This document shows positions 1-8,748 of a stretch of DNA of 64,000 nt, piece by piece. The notes beneath the pieces are model-generated. The model searched no databases, was not told the origin of the DNA, and saw only the letters and a list, made by a program, of their open reading frames with translations. Within the stretch, counting starts at the first letter, position 1. Each line of letters begins with the position of its first letter. The position numbers were made by a program, and so were the translations under genes. Origin of the DNA: Candidatus Spongiisociaceae bacterium (GTDB lineage: Bacteria; Actinomycetota; Acidimicrobiia; Spongiisociales; Spongiisociaceae); assembly GCA_965262915.1 (NCBI GenBank), contig OZ253564.1, forward strand, positions 4,608,001-4,672,000, given 5' to 3'.

Positions 1-123
1 CGCGCCAAGCCGATCAGCGACGAGGCAGCCCGGATCGCCACCACCGAGATAGGGCACGTCGGCATGGCGCTCAACGCCTTCGAGTACGCGGTGATGTCCA
101 AGCTGGCCGACCCGCACGTCTGA
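1..123 (+). CDS. 3' end of an unidentified gene (partial)
   Basis: Frame 1 is open from base 1 (RAKPISDEAARIATTEIGHVGMALNAFEYAVMSKLADPHV) to TGA at 121-123, with GC3-rich codons. Confidence 0.6.
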   Translation, partial: RAKPISDEAARIATTEIGHVGMALNAFEYAVMSKLADPHV

Positions 124-178
124 GAAGGCCCTCGAAACAGGGGATAGCGCATACCTGCCGCCAACGGCGCGGCCACCG

Positions 179-356
179 TTACTAAAGCGAACCACAGAGC
201 GCTTCACTAGCTCAGGCGCCAAGTAAAGGCCGCTTTAGTTAGACCCCACGTAACTAAAGTCAAATGGGAGAAGCTTTACTAAGCAGGCCACGTATTCAAG
301 TCCTCTTTAGGAGAGCACACCCCAAGTAAAGCAATCCCCACAAAGCTTTATTAAGC
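179..356. promoter_or_regulatory. 72-bp-period array of alternating TAAAG/CTTTA boxes upstream of fic (operator-like)
   Basis: Forward boxes at 179, 251, 323 and 220/292; reverse boxes at 201, 273, 345 and 232/304; consensus about WWANTAAAGC. Confidence 0.6.
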
Positions 357-390
357 TCCATCGTGTACCCCTCCTGAGAAAGGTATCACC

Positions 391-1557
391 GTGCACCCAG
401 ACGCCTTCCGCTCCACAGAGCGCGGCACGGTCCGGATGACGCTCCGTGGGTACCGGGCGTTCCATCCAAATCGCTTGCCCCGCCGGCTCGACCTGCCGCA
501 GGAGGTCGTGAAGATGTTGGAAGAGGCGACCGGCGCCGTCCACCGCCTCGGCGGAATCGGACTGCTGCTTCCGAACCCACATCTGCTCATCGGCCCTCAT
601 CTCCGGATCGAGGCCGTCCTGAGTTCACGGATCGAAGGAACGAAAACCGACATTCCTCAACTCCTACGGCTGGAGGCGGGACAAGCGCCAACCGAAGCGG
701 ACGACTCGCGCGAGGTCGCCAACTACGTGGTGGCCATGGAGCATGGACTCGAGCGGGTACGCGAGGGGTTCCCGATATCGACGCGGCTGCTGTGCGAGAT
801 GCACGAGCTTCTGCTAACCGGTGCCCGCGGCCAGTACCGCCGCCCAGGCGAACTCCGTACCACTCCCAACTGGATCGGCGGCACGACGCTCGAAAACGCC
901 GTGTTCGTCCCTCCGCCGCCGGAGGAGATGGGGGAAGCTCTAACCGACTGGGAGTACTTCCTGCACGAACAAGACATGCCGCTCCTGGTGCAACTCGCCC
1001 TGGCTCATTACCAGTTCGAAGTGATCCACCCCTTCCTCGACGGCAACGGCCGGATCGGCAGGATGATGATCCCCCTGATGCTCGTGCTGCGGGGCGCCCT
1101 CACCCAACCTCTCCTCTACCTGTCCGCCTTCTTCGAGCAACACAGGGACGAGTACTACGACCTCCTTCTCCGTACCAGCCAGAACGGCGATCTGCTGCCC
1201 TGGATCCGGTTCTTCATGCACGGTGTCCGGCACCAAGCCCGCGAGGCCGAGGAGCGAACGATCAGACTTGTGAGACTTCAACACGCGCTCCGCGACGATC
1301 TCATCAACAAGAAACGCGCCCCCTCCGTCATCAGGCTCGCGGAACACCTCTTCACCTTTCCTCTCGTAACCGCTTCGTGGGCTGAGAAACTCTTGGGCGT
1401 AACCCGACCCACAGCCCACGCCGCCATCGAGGCCCTCGTCGAGCGGGGCGACCTCATCGAGGTCACCCACCGGAAACGCAACCGGATCTACGAAGCCCCT
1501 CGTATCTACGAGGCGGTGTACGGACCGATCGAGCAGGAGAACACGGCCGATCGATGA
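391..1557 (+). CDS. Fic family protein (AMPylase) with N-terminal inhibitory helix and C-terminal HTH
   Basis: Canonical HPFLDGNGRIGR motif; SSRIEGT (S/T)xxxE(G/N) motif; C-terminal LGVTRPTAHAAIEALVERG winged HTH. Confidence 0.93.
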   Translation: MHPDAFRSTERGTVRMTLRGYRAFHPNRLPRRLDLPQEVVKMLEEATGAVHRLGGIGLLLPNPHLLIGPHLRIEAVLSSRIEGTKTDIPQLLRLEAGQAPTEADDSREVANYVVAMEHGLERVREGFPISTRLLCEMHELLLTGARGQYRRPGELRTTPNWIGGTTLENAVFVPPPPEEMGEALTDWEYFLHEQDMPLLVQLALAHYQFEVIHPFLDGNGRIGRMMIPLMLVLRGALTQPLLYLSAFFEQHRDEYYDLLLRTSQNGDLLPWIRFFMHGVRHQAREAEERTIRLVRLQHALRDDLINKKRAPSVIRLAEHLFTFPLVTASWAEKLLGVTRPTAHAAIEALVERGDLIEVTHRKRNRIYEAPRIYEAVYGPIEQENTADR

Positions 1558-1619
1558 CCCCCTCGGTCGCCCGAGTGCCGCTCTGCAGAGCGTCGCACGC
1601 TCCACAGTGCCTCAAACAC

Positions 1620-2393
1620 CTATGGCACGGTGAAGGTCAGCGAGTACTCGCCGTTGACTGTCACGCTGAAGGTCTCACCGGTGACCAGCGAGTTGCCGAG
1701 GGAGACGATGCCGTCGAGTTCCAGGTTCTTGTCCGAGCAGTCGATAGCCCAGGGAGCAGGCGGAGGAACCCACGCCGTCACTGCAACATCGACAACCAAG
1801 CCATCGACGGTAGCCTCCTCACGTCCCCGCTGGTAGCAACCGTCGATATCGGATACGAGGTAGACAACACGGACGAAGGCTTCGTCACCTTGCCAGATCA
1901 TGTGGACATCGGTGACGGAAACAGCCTCCTCGACCGGCGCCCGGTCCGCGGCGCTCCATTCACCGTCCACCATGTGCGGCGGCGGCTCGACCATCGCCAG
2001 CACGATGTTCACCTTGCCGGGATTCCCTCGGGTGATGACGTCATACGCGGTGTCGTTGATGAACGCCAAGCGACCGTCCGACTCGTCGATCCGTGCTGAG
2101 ATCGAGTAGGTGCTACCCGGATCGATGTCCCCTCGGTGGTACGGGACCTTGAACTTGATCGGAACCTGGCCCGGATCCGAGATGACCTGTTCGGCGATGA
2201 GTTGCGCCGGGGCGTCCATGTAGGAAGTGTCGCGAAGTTGCACCGTCAGGGTGGCGCCGGGGGTCAGGGAGATCCGCTCCCGGTAGGTGATCGTACCTTA
2301 GACCGATGCCTCACCATCGAAGACAGCGACGAAAGCCAGGATCAGGCCGATCCCGATGCCGGCCCGCAGGATTGTCTTGCCCTTGATCCTCAT
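1620..2393 (-). pseudogene. YbaY/pilotin-like domain exported protein with a premature stop
   Basis: RBS AAGGAGG, ATG at 2393, signal peptide MRIKGKTILRAGIGIGLILAFVAV, in-frame TAA at 2298-2300, then GTITYRERISLTPGATLTVQLRDTS..DAPA (YbaY-like) in the same frame to 1620. Confidence 0.75.
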
Positions 2394-2594
2394 CTCTGCG
2401 ACCTCCTTGGAGTCCGACAAGCGAGCCAGCCTCGGATTGGACGCCTACACCCCTACGACGCTTTCGACCGCGCTCTGGTTCCCCGGGAGCCGAATTGGCT
2501 GGGATGGATAAGGCAAAGAGTCCACTCATCAGTGTGCACCCGAAGGCCACCGAAGGAGTTCCCTGAGACCGCTGAGGGTTTTCGAAGGTTTCCT

Positions 2595-2671
<77 letters not shown>

Positions 2672-2683
2672 TGCCGGTCGAGT

Positions 2684-3970
2684 CTACCCGACTGCGGCGA
2701 GGGTGTTGTCCGGGCCCGGCGTCCTGCGTACCCTGATCTTGGATATCCGGCGACGGTCCATCACCAGCACGGTGAACACCAGATCCCGGTAGTCCACCCT
2801 GTCCCCCACCTCCGGAATATGGCCCGACAGGTACAGGAACAATCCGGCCACCGTCGAGTAGGGACCATCATCGACCGCCGCGCCGGTAGCTACCTCGAAC
2901 TCGTCGATCGGGGTTCGCCCGTCGGCCAGCCAGGTGTCACTGCCCACCGGCAGGGTCATCGGAACCCGCGGGTCGTACTCGTCCTGGAGTTCCCCCACCA
3001 GTTCCTCGACCAGATCCTTGATGGTTACGAGGCCGTCCACACCGCCGTGCTCGTCCATCACCACCGCTATGCCCGTTCGGCGGGCTCGAAGGTCATGGAG
3101 TACCCGCATTACCGGGGTGCTCTCCGGGGCATAATGCGGCGCCCGCAGGAGGGCCATTATCTCGTCCTCGGCCAGATCGCGGCTCTGGCTGAGGACATCC
3201 TTGGCGTAGAGGATCCCGCGGATGGAATCCAGGTCGCCCTCGTCGCTCACCACCGGGTACCGGGAGTGCGCCGTGCCGGCCACCGCCTCCCTGACCGCCG
3301 TGGAGGTCACCGGCACCGAGAGGGTGACGATGTCCACCCGGGGGGTCATCACATCGCGGACCGGCTGGTCGGCGGTCTCGAACAGGCGCTCGATGATCTC
3401 TCGCTCCACCGACGCGATCTCGCCCCTCCGCTCGCCGAGTATGGCCAGGGCCCGGACATCGGCCAGCGTTATGCTCCGGTCACCGGATGGCGGGAGCCCG
3501 AACAGCCGGATTATCCCCCTCCCGAGGCCGATGAAGACCCGCGATATGGGTCGCAGCGCCACCGCCAGCATCCAGACAGGAACGGCCGCGATGAGCCCGT
3601 ACCTCTCCGGGTAGCGCGCCGCCAGCGTCTTGGGGGTCACCTCTCCGATCACCAGCACCAGGATCGTCACGACCACCGTCGAGAGGATCGTTCCCCAGCC
3701 CTCACCCACCAGGCTGATGGCGACGGCGGCGGCCACCGAGGTGGCCAGGATGTTGACGAAGTTGTTAGCGACCAGAATGGTTCCGATCGACCCTTCGAGG
3801 TCGCGTACCAGAGCCTCGAGGCGGCGCCCCCGCCTCCCCGTCTCCGCCAGTTGATGGATGCGCTCCCTCGGGACCGCGGTCAGTGCGGTCTCGCTGCCCG
3901 AGAGGAAACCGGATGACAGCAGGCAGATACCGAACACCACCAGCAGGACCAGGCGAAGGGAGGCGATCAT
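2684..3970 (-). CDS. CNNM/hemolysin-family protein (DUF21 + 2 CBS + CorC_HlyC)
   Basis: SGFLSGSETAL, GEVTPKTLA, VMTPRVDIV, HSRYPV, DEHGGVDGLVTIKDLVEELVGEL motifs. Confidence 0.93.
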   Translation of the reverse strand: MIASLRLVLLVVFGICLLSSGFLSGSETALTAVPRERIHQLAETGRRGRRLEALVRDLEGSIGTILVANNFVNILATSVAAAVAISLVGEGWGTILSTVVVTILVLVIGEVTPKTLAARYPERYGLIAAVPVWMLAVALRPISRVFIGLGRGIIRLFGLPPSGDRSITLADVRALAILGERRGEIASVEREIIERLFETADQPVRDVMTPRVDIVTLSVPVTSTAVREAVAGTAHSRYPVVSDEGDLDSIRGILYAKDVLSQSRDLAEDEIMALLRAPHYAPESTPVMRVLHDLRARRTGIAVVMDEHGGVDGLVTIKDLVEELVGELQDEYDPRVPMTLPVGSDTWLADGRTPIDEFEVATGAAVDDGPYSTVAGLFLYLSGHIPEVGDRVDYRDLVFTVLVMDRRRISKIRVRRTPGPDNTLAAVG

Positions 3971-3995
3971 CAGGACACCGAAGCACCCGGCTCGG

Positions 3996-4358
3996 TCAGC
4001 GGTCCGCTCCTACCGGGAGGACGGCGGCCAGTACCGACCGCAACTCCTGGGCGCTGAAGGGCTTGAGCAGCCAGGCATCGGCCCCGGCTCTCCTGGCGAT
4101 GAACGCGTCGACTCGCCGGTCCAGAAGCAGGACTATCGCGCCCAGGTCGGGAGAGACGCCCTTCAGATTGCGAATGATCGCCATACCGCCCATCGAACCG
4201 ACTTGCATATCGACGATCGCCGCAGCCCCGCCCTCTTCCGCCGCCACGGTCTCGACCTGGTACGGGTCGCCCACCTCCACGATATCGGCCCACCCGCTGA
4301 GAGCGGCCCGCACCTGGTTCCGCACCCAGGGAGCATCGGATACCACTAGCACCTTCAC
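3996..4358 (-). CDS. Single-domain response regulator receiver protein
   Basis: VKVLVVSD...AIVDMQVGSMGG...GADAWLLKPFS; start probably GTG at 4358. Confidence 0.85.
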   Translation of the reverse strand: MKVLVVSDAPWVRNQVRAALSGWADIVEVGDPYQVETVAAEEGGAAAIVDMQVGSMGGMAIIRNLKGVSPDLGAIVLLLDRRVDAFIARRAGADAWLLKPFSAQELRSVLAAVLPVGADR

Positions 4359-4460
4359 GACCTCAACTGTAGCCACTCCGGCGCCCATACCCCTCCCCGG
4401 AGAGTCTCTCCGGGCGTCGCCGCCCATGTCGGAACTTCCCGCCTCTAAAATCCCGCGCTC

Positions 4461-5714
4461 ATGAGTCGGCGCGCCCTGTTCCTCCTGATCCTCATTCTCC
4501 TGCTGCTTGCCGCGGGAGGTGGTTCGCCGATGGCCGCCGGCCAGGACGAGTACATCGAGATAATCGAGATCAACGGGAACCTCGACAGGACAGCGATCAA
4601 CTTCGTCTTGGACCGGATCGAGGCCGCCGCGACCGCGGGCGCCTCAGCTGCGATCATCCAGCTCGACTCGCGCGCCTCCCTGTCGGAGACGGTCAACCAC
4701 CTGGTGACCCGCGTTGCCGACCCGCCCCTGCCGCTCGTCGTCTGGGTGGGACCTCACCCGGCGGTGGCCTTCGGGGGCGCCGCCCACCTGCTCGCCGCCG
4801 CGCCGATCAGGGCAGCCGCTCCCGGGGTCGAGATAGGCCATGCCCTTCCTGCCGTTGCGGGTCGCCCTCACGGGCGCGCGCCAACCGATCTGCCCGACGG
4901 GTTCTCCCGCGGCGCGGTCACGGTGCGCGAGCCCATCGAGGGTCTGGTGGACGTCGTCGCCCCCTCGATCAGCAACCTGCTGGTCGAGTTGGAGGGACGG
5001 TCGGTGTCGGTGCGGGGAAGCGAGACGATCCTGCACACCACCCGGGAGACGGAGACCGGTGTAGCGGCCGTGCCCACCCTGTTCTCCGAACCCGGCGCCG
5101 GGGTGAGGCTGCTGCGCATCGCCACCGGGGTGGAAGCGGCCTTCTTCTTCCTGATGATCGGACTCGCGCTGGCGGTCTTCGAGTTCTATGCCCTCGGCCC
5201 CGGACTCGGCGCCGGGGTGGCGGCGATCTCCCTGCTGATCGGGGGTTACGGTCTCGCCGTCCTGCCTCTGCGATGGTGGGCCGTGGCGGCTGCGCTGCTG
5301 GGGGTCTGGCTCCTGACGGCGGATTTCCAGCGAGGCCGGAGCGGGCCCTTGACGGTCGCCGGCGCGGTCTCGATGATGATCGGCGGCCTGTTCTTCACCG
5401 ATGCCGCTCCCCAGATCCGCCCGTCGTGGTGGATCGTCCTGGTGATAGTGATCTCCATCACCGCCTTCTACGTGGTGGGCATGCGAACGGTGGCCCGGGC
5501 CCGTTTCTCGACCCCGACCGTGGGTCGGGACCACCTGGTGGGTCAGGCGGGAGTGGCGGTCAGCAGCTTCGGCCCCGATGGCGTGATCGAAGTCGGCGGC
5601 GCCCGCTGGAAGGCAACGGCCCACCGCGAGTCGGGCCTGGATCCCGGAGATCCGGTGGTGGTCCGAGCCGTCGACGGCTCGGTACTGGAAGTGGAACCTG
5701 CAACGGAGCCCTGA
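4461..5714 (+). CDS. Long NfeD family membrane protein (ClpP-like domain, TM region, OB-fold)
   Basis: Signal peptide, IIQLDS...VVWVGP...AAAPG domain, several TM helices, C-terminal LVGQAGVA..GVIEVGGARWKA. Confidence 0.88.
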   Translation: MSRRALFLLILILLLLAAGGGSPMAAGQDEYIEIIEINGNLDRTAINFVLDRIEAAATAGASAAIIQLDSRASLSETVNHLVTRVADPPLPLVVWVGPHPAVAFGGAAHLLAAAPIRAAAPGVEIGHALPAVAGRPHGRAPTDLPDGFSRGAVTVREPIEGLVDVVAPSISNLLVELEGRSVSVRGSETILHTTRETETGVAAVPTLFSEPGAGVRLLRIATGVEAAFFFLMIGLALAVFEFYALGPGLGAGVAAISLLIGGYGLAVLPLRWWAVAAALLGVWLLTADFQRGRSGPLTVAGAVSMMIGGLFFTDAAPQIRPSWWIVLVIVISITAFYVVGMRTVARARFSTPTVGRDHLVGQAGVAVSSFGPDGVIEVGGARWKATAHRESGLDPGDPVVVRAVDGSVLEVEPATEP

Positions 5715-5722
5715 TCAGGCCA

Positions 5723-5788
5723 GTGGTCTGCCTGCAAAGTGATCCAGCGTGCCCTGCTTGCCAACCGCCATTTTCACAAACAGACCAC
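5723..5788 (-). mobile_element. MITE family A, short internally deleted copy
   Basis: Ends GTGGTCTGCCTGCAAA / TTTTCACAAACAGACCAC; internal GTGCCCTGCTTGCCAAC is the reverse complement of a segment in the 31034 copy. Confidence 0.75.
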
Positions 5789-5831
5789 CAGATCGACCAA
5801 GACATGCGGAGTCCCAACGGGGGACACCTCG

Positions 5832-8132
5832 TCACACCATACGAGGGACGGTCCTCCAACCGCCGAGGAATCGCTGCTTATGATCGAGCTGCTCGATCAG
5901 GTCGCGAGCCCGGTAAAGGAAGGCCGCCATCTGCCCCCGGGTCACCAGGTCGTCAGGGCAGTACAGCCGGGGGCCGCAGCCCATCGTGATCCCGGCGTGC
6001 GCCAAACGGTTGATGTCATCCTCGAACACCGACCCAGCGTCGTCGTCGAAGAGGTCGACCGAGGCCGCAGCCAACCGGAGGGCTCGGCTCAGGAACGCCG
6101 CCATCTGCGACCGCGTGATCGGCTCCGCGGGACAGTAGCGTCGGGAACCGCAGCCCATCGTGATCCCGGCGTGCGCCAAACGGTTGATGTCATCCTCGAA
6201 CACCGACCCAGCGTCGTCGTCGAAATGGTCGGACGCATCATCGGTTCCGGGAGGGTTCAGGGCGCGCATCAGGAACGCCGCCATCTGAACACGGTTCACA
6301 GCGTCGTCCGGGCAGAAGCTGTACCACCTGTCGCATCCGCGGGTGATTCCTCGATTCCCGAGCCACACGATCTCCTCGACGAAGGCGTGGCCTGCTATGT
6401 CGAAGAGAGCGGTGAAAGCAGCATATCCGTAGTGCTTAACACCTTCCGAGTCCGTTGCGGTGACCTGCACCCGGTAGTGGCCCCAGGTGCCCGGGCGGTA
6501 GGTGAGTCGCTGACCCGACGCCTCGCCCGTCGGCGGACCCGACACTTCCCATTCGTAAGTGACCGGTGCGGGGCCGTCGACGGTTCCCGCGGTAAGAACG
6601 ATCGCCTCGCGAGGAGCGGCGAAGGTCGGGCCCGCCACGTCGAGACTTCCGAGATACACGGTCAGACCCTCTCTCGGATCGAGCAGGTTCCGGGGCCACG
6701 GCCTACTCAACCGGTTCTCCCACAGGTGCAAGGTCTGAAGCCTCGGAAGGTCACCGACTTCGGGGGGAACGGCTCCGGTGAGATCATTCCCGGAGAGCGA
6801 GAGGGACCTGAGATTGGCAAGCCCGCCCAACTCGGGTGGGATCGAACCCGTCAGGCGGTTCTGGGCGAGGCTGAGCACCGTAAGGTTGCTGAGCCCACCC
6901 AACTCGGGAGGGACCGGCCCGGTCAACTGGTTGTGGCTCAGGCCGAGAACCTCTATCTCGGCGAGCCGGCCCAACTCGGCGGGAATCGATCCGGACAGTG
7001 CGTTGCGATCCAACCGCAGGGCGGACAGCTTCGAGAGTTGGCCCAACTCGGGTGGGATCGATCCAGACAGCTTGTTGTTCCAGAGCCACACACGGGCGAG
7101 CTTCTCAAGCCTACCTAACTCCTTGGGGATCGGTCCGCCGATCTCGTTGTCGTACATGTACAGATTCCGGAGATCAGCGAGCTCACCCACTTGAGATGGG
7201 ATCGGGCCCAGCAGGCGGTTTCTCGAGAGATCCAACACCTGGAGCCTGGCAAGTCCCCCGAGTTGGGCCGGGATCGGTCCGCTCACGCGGGAACCGGATA
7301 TGTCGAGTCTTTCCAGGTTGGTCAGCTGCCCCAACTCTTCGGGTAGCGACCCCGAGAGCCGATTGCTCTGCAGGTAGAGCCACTTGAGGTTGGCGAGTCT
7401 GCCAAGCTCCCGCGGGATCGGGCCGGTGATCTCATTGAGTCCGAGATCGAGGATTCGGAGTTTGGCCAGATTCCCCAACTCGGGAGGGATAGGTCCGATC
7501 AGCTCATTGTGTCCGAGGTCGAGCTTCACCAGTTTGGCGAGCCGACCCAACTCGGATGGGATCTGCCCGCTCAGCTTGTTTGAGAAGAGCAAGAGATGTC
7601 GAAGGTTCTCCAGATTCCCCAACTCGGCCGGGAGGGGTCCGCTCAGCGAGTTGCTCTCCAGGTTCAGCCAGGTGAGGTTGGTGAGCTGCCCCAGCTCGGC
7701 GGGTATTCTCCAGACTAGGAGGTTGGCGCCGAGATCGAGCCGGCGGAGGTGAGTCAGACGACCTAGCGCCGGACTGATCTTGCCGTAGAGCCCCTCGATC
7801 CTGTTGCGGTCACCGAGTCCCACCACCCGTCCGGCTTCCTCATCCACCGTGACGCCGTGCCAGTACGCAAGCGGCGTGTGGGGCCCCCATGCACCCTCGC
7901 CGTGCTCCGGGTCGAGGTTCCCCTTCCCGCGCAGATTCGTGTAGAACTCCCACAGCGCCTCGCAGTCGGCCCGCAGTGCATCCTGTCCCGCGGGCACGAC
8001 CGTAGCCGAGTCACACGGAGAGCCCGACTCGGACCGCGCAGGCCCACCCGGTAGCACGAGTCCTGCCAGGGCAACCGCCAGCACGAGCCACCGACGTGAC
8101 TCCGACCACGCTCTGCCAACCACCATCGCCAT
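5832..8132 (-). CDS. Secreted leucine-rich-repeat protein with Ig/PKD-like domain and three SLH domains
   Basis: Signal peptide; about 15 24-aa repeats LxxLxxLxLxxNxLSGxIPxELGx; VTYEW..YRVQVTATD domain; SLH-type GITRGC..FCPDDAVNRVQMAAFL x3. Start probably ATG at 8132. Confidence 0.9.
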   Translation of the reverse strand: MAMVVGRAWSESRRWLVLAVALAGLVLPGGPARSESGSPCDSATVVPAGQDALRADCEALWEFYTNLRGKGNLDPEHGEGAWGPHTPLAYWHGVTVDEEAGRVVGLGDRNRIEGLYGKISPALGRLTHLRRLDLGANLLVWRIPAELGQLTNLTWLNLESNSLSGPLPAELGNLENLRHLLLFSNKLSGQIPSELGRLAKLVKLDLGHNELIGPIPPELGNLAKLRILDLGLNEITGPIPRELGRLANLKWLYLQSNRLSGSLPEELGQLTNLERLDISGSRVSGPIPAQLGGLARLQVLDLSRNRLLGPIPSQVGELADLRNLYMYDNEIGGPIPKELGRLEKLARVWLWNNKLSGSIPPELGQLSKLSALRLDRNALSGSIPAELGRLAEIEVLGLSHNQLTGPVPPELGGLSNLTVLSLAQNRLTGSIPPELGGLANLRSLSLSGNDLTGAVPPEVGDLPRLQTLHLWENRLSRPWPRNLLDPREGLTVYLGSLDVAGPTFAAPREAIVLTAGTVDGPAPVTYEWEVSGPPTGEASGQRLTYRPGTWGHYRVQVTATDSEGVKHYGYAAFTALFDIAGHAFVEEIVWLGNRGITRGCDRWYSFCPDDAVNRVQMAAFLMRALNPPGTDDASDHFDDDAGSVFEDDINRLAHAGITMGCGSRRYCPAEPITRSQMAAFLSRALRLAAASVDLFDDDAGSVFEDDINRLAHAGITMGCGPRLYCPDDLVTRGQMAAFLYRARDLIEQLDHKQRFLGGWRTVPRMV

Positions 8133-8476
8133 CCCCGATCCTGGGAGTGGTGCCTTCCGAAGATACCGGTTCTTCGGCACTCGTGTAGGTCTGACGCACA
8201 GACCACGTGCAGGAATTCCCTGGTCCAGTACATTTTTTTGTCCGCCGCGGGCCGGCGGAATCAACCGGCGCCTCGACGACGTCCACGACCCCGCGAGGTG
8301 AGATCCGCTCTTCGGAAAGGGTCCGAACGAGTCGGCGGGGCCGTCACCGATCGGCGGTCCGCAGTCGGGTTCGCCAAAAAAACCTTGCGGGGGTGCCCGA
8401 ATACCTCTTCCGGCGGCCTCCGTCTACTGGTAGGTTGATCTGGGTACAACCAGGCGGAGTATGGAGGCGGTCCACC

Positions 8477-8722
8477 GTGGACTATGACGACTCGTGGCAT
8501 CTGCACGCTCGGTGCCGGAAGAATTACTCGCACCTTTTCTTCCCTCCCAGCACCTTCGAACGGAAGGACGACCGCGAGAGGAGGGAAATCCGGGCTCGGG
8601 CTGTCTGCGGGGCGTGTTCGGTGCGGAACGAATGCCTCGAATACGCGCTCCGCATCAGGGAACCATTCGGCATCTGGGGTGGCCACACGGAGTCGGAGCG
8701 GCGGGAACTCCTGGCGGTCTGA
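8477..8722 (+). CDS. WhiB-family Fe-S transcriptional regulator
   Basis: W..ARC...CGACSVRNECL...GIWGGHTESER; RBS GGAGG before GTG at 8477. Confidence 0.93.
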   Translation: MDYDDSWHLHARCRKNYSHLFFPPSTFERKDDRERREIRARAVCGACSVRNECLEYALRIREPFGIWGGHTESERRELLAV

Positions 8723-8748
8723 TCGGATCAGACCTGCGGGGGGTTGGC

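Noticed and set aside
179-356. Fic-upstream or padR-upstream repeats as a CRISPR array
   Set aside because: Boxes are short, degenerate or alternate in orientation; there are no unique spacers of CRISPR length and no cas genes
2298-2300. In-frame stop in the YbaY-like gene as recoding
   Set aside because: The stop is TAA, not TGA or TAG, so it is treated as a nonsense mutation or sequencing error
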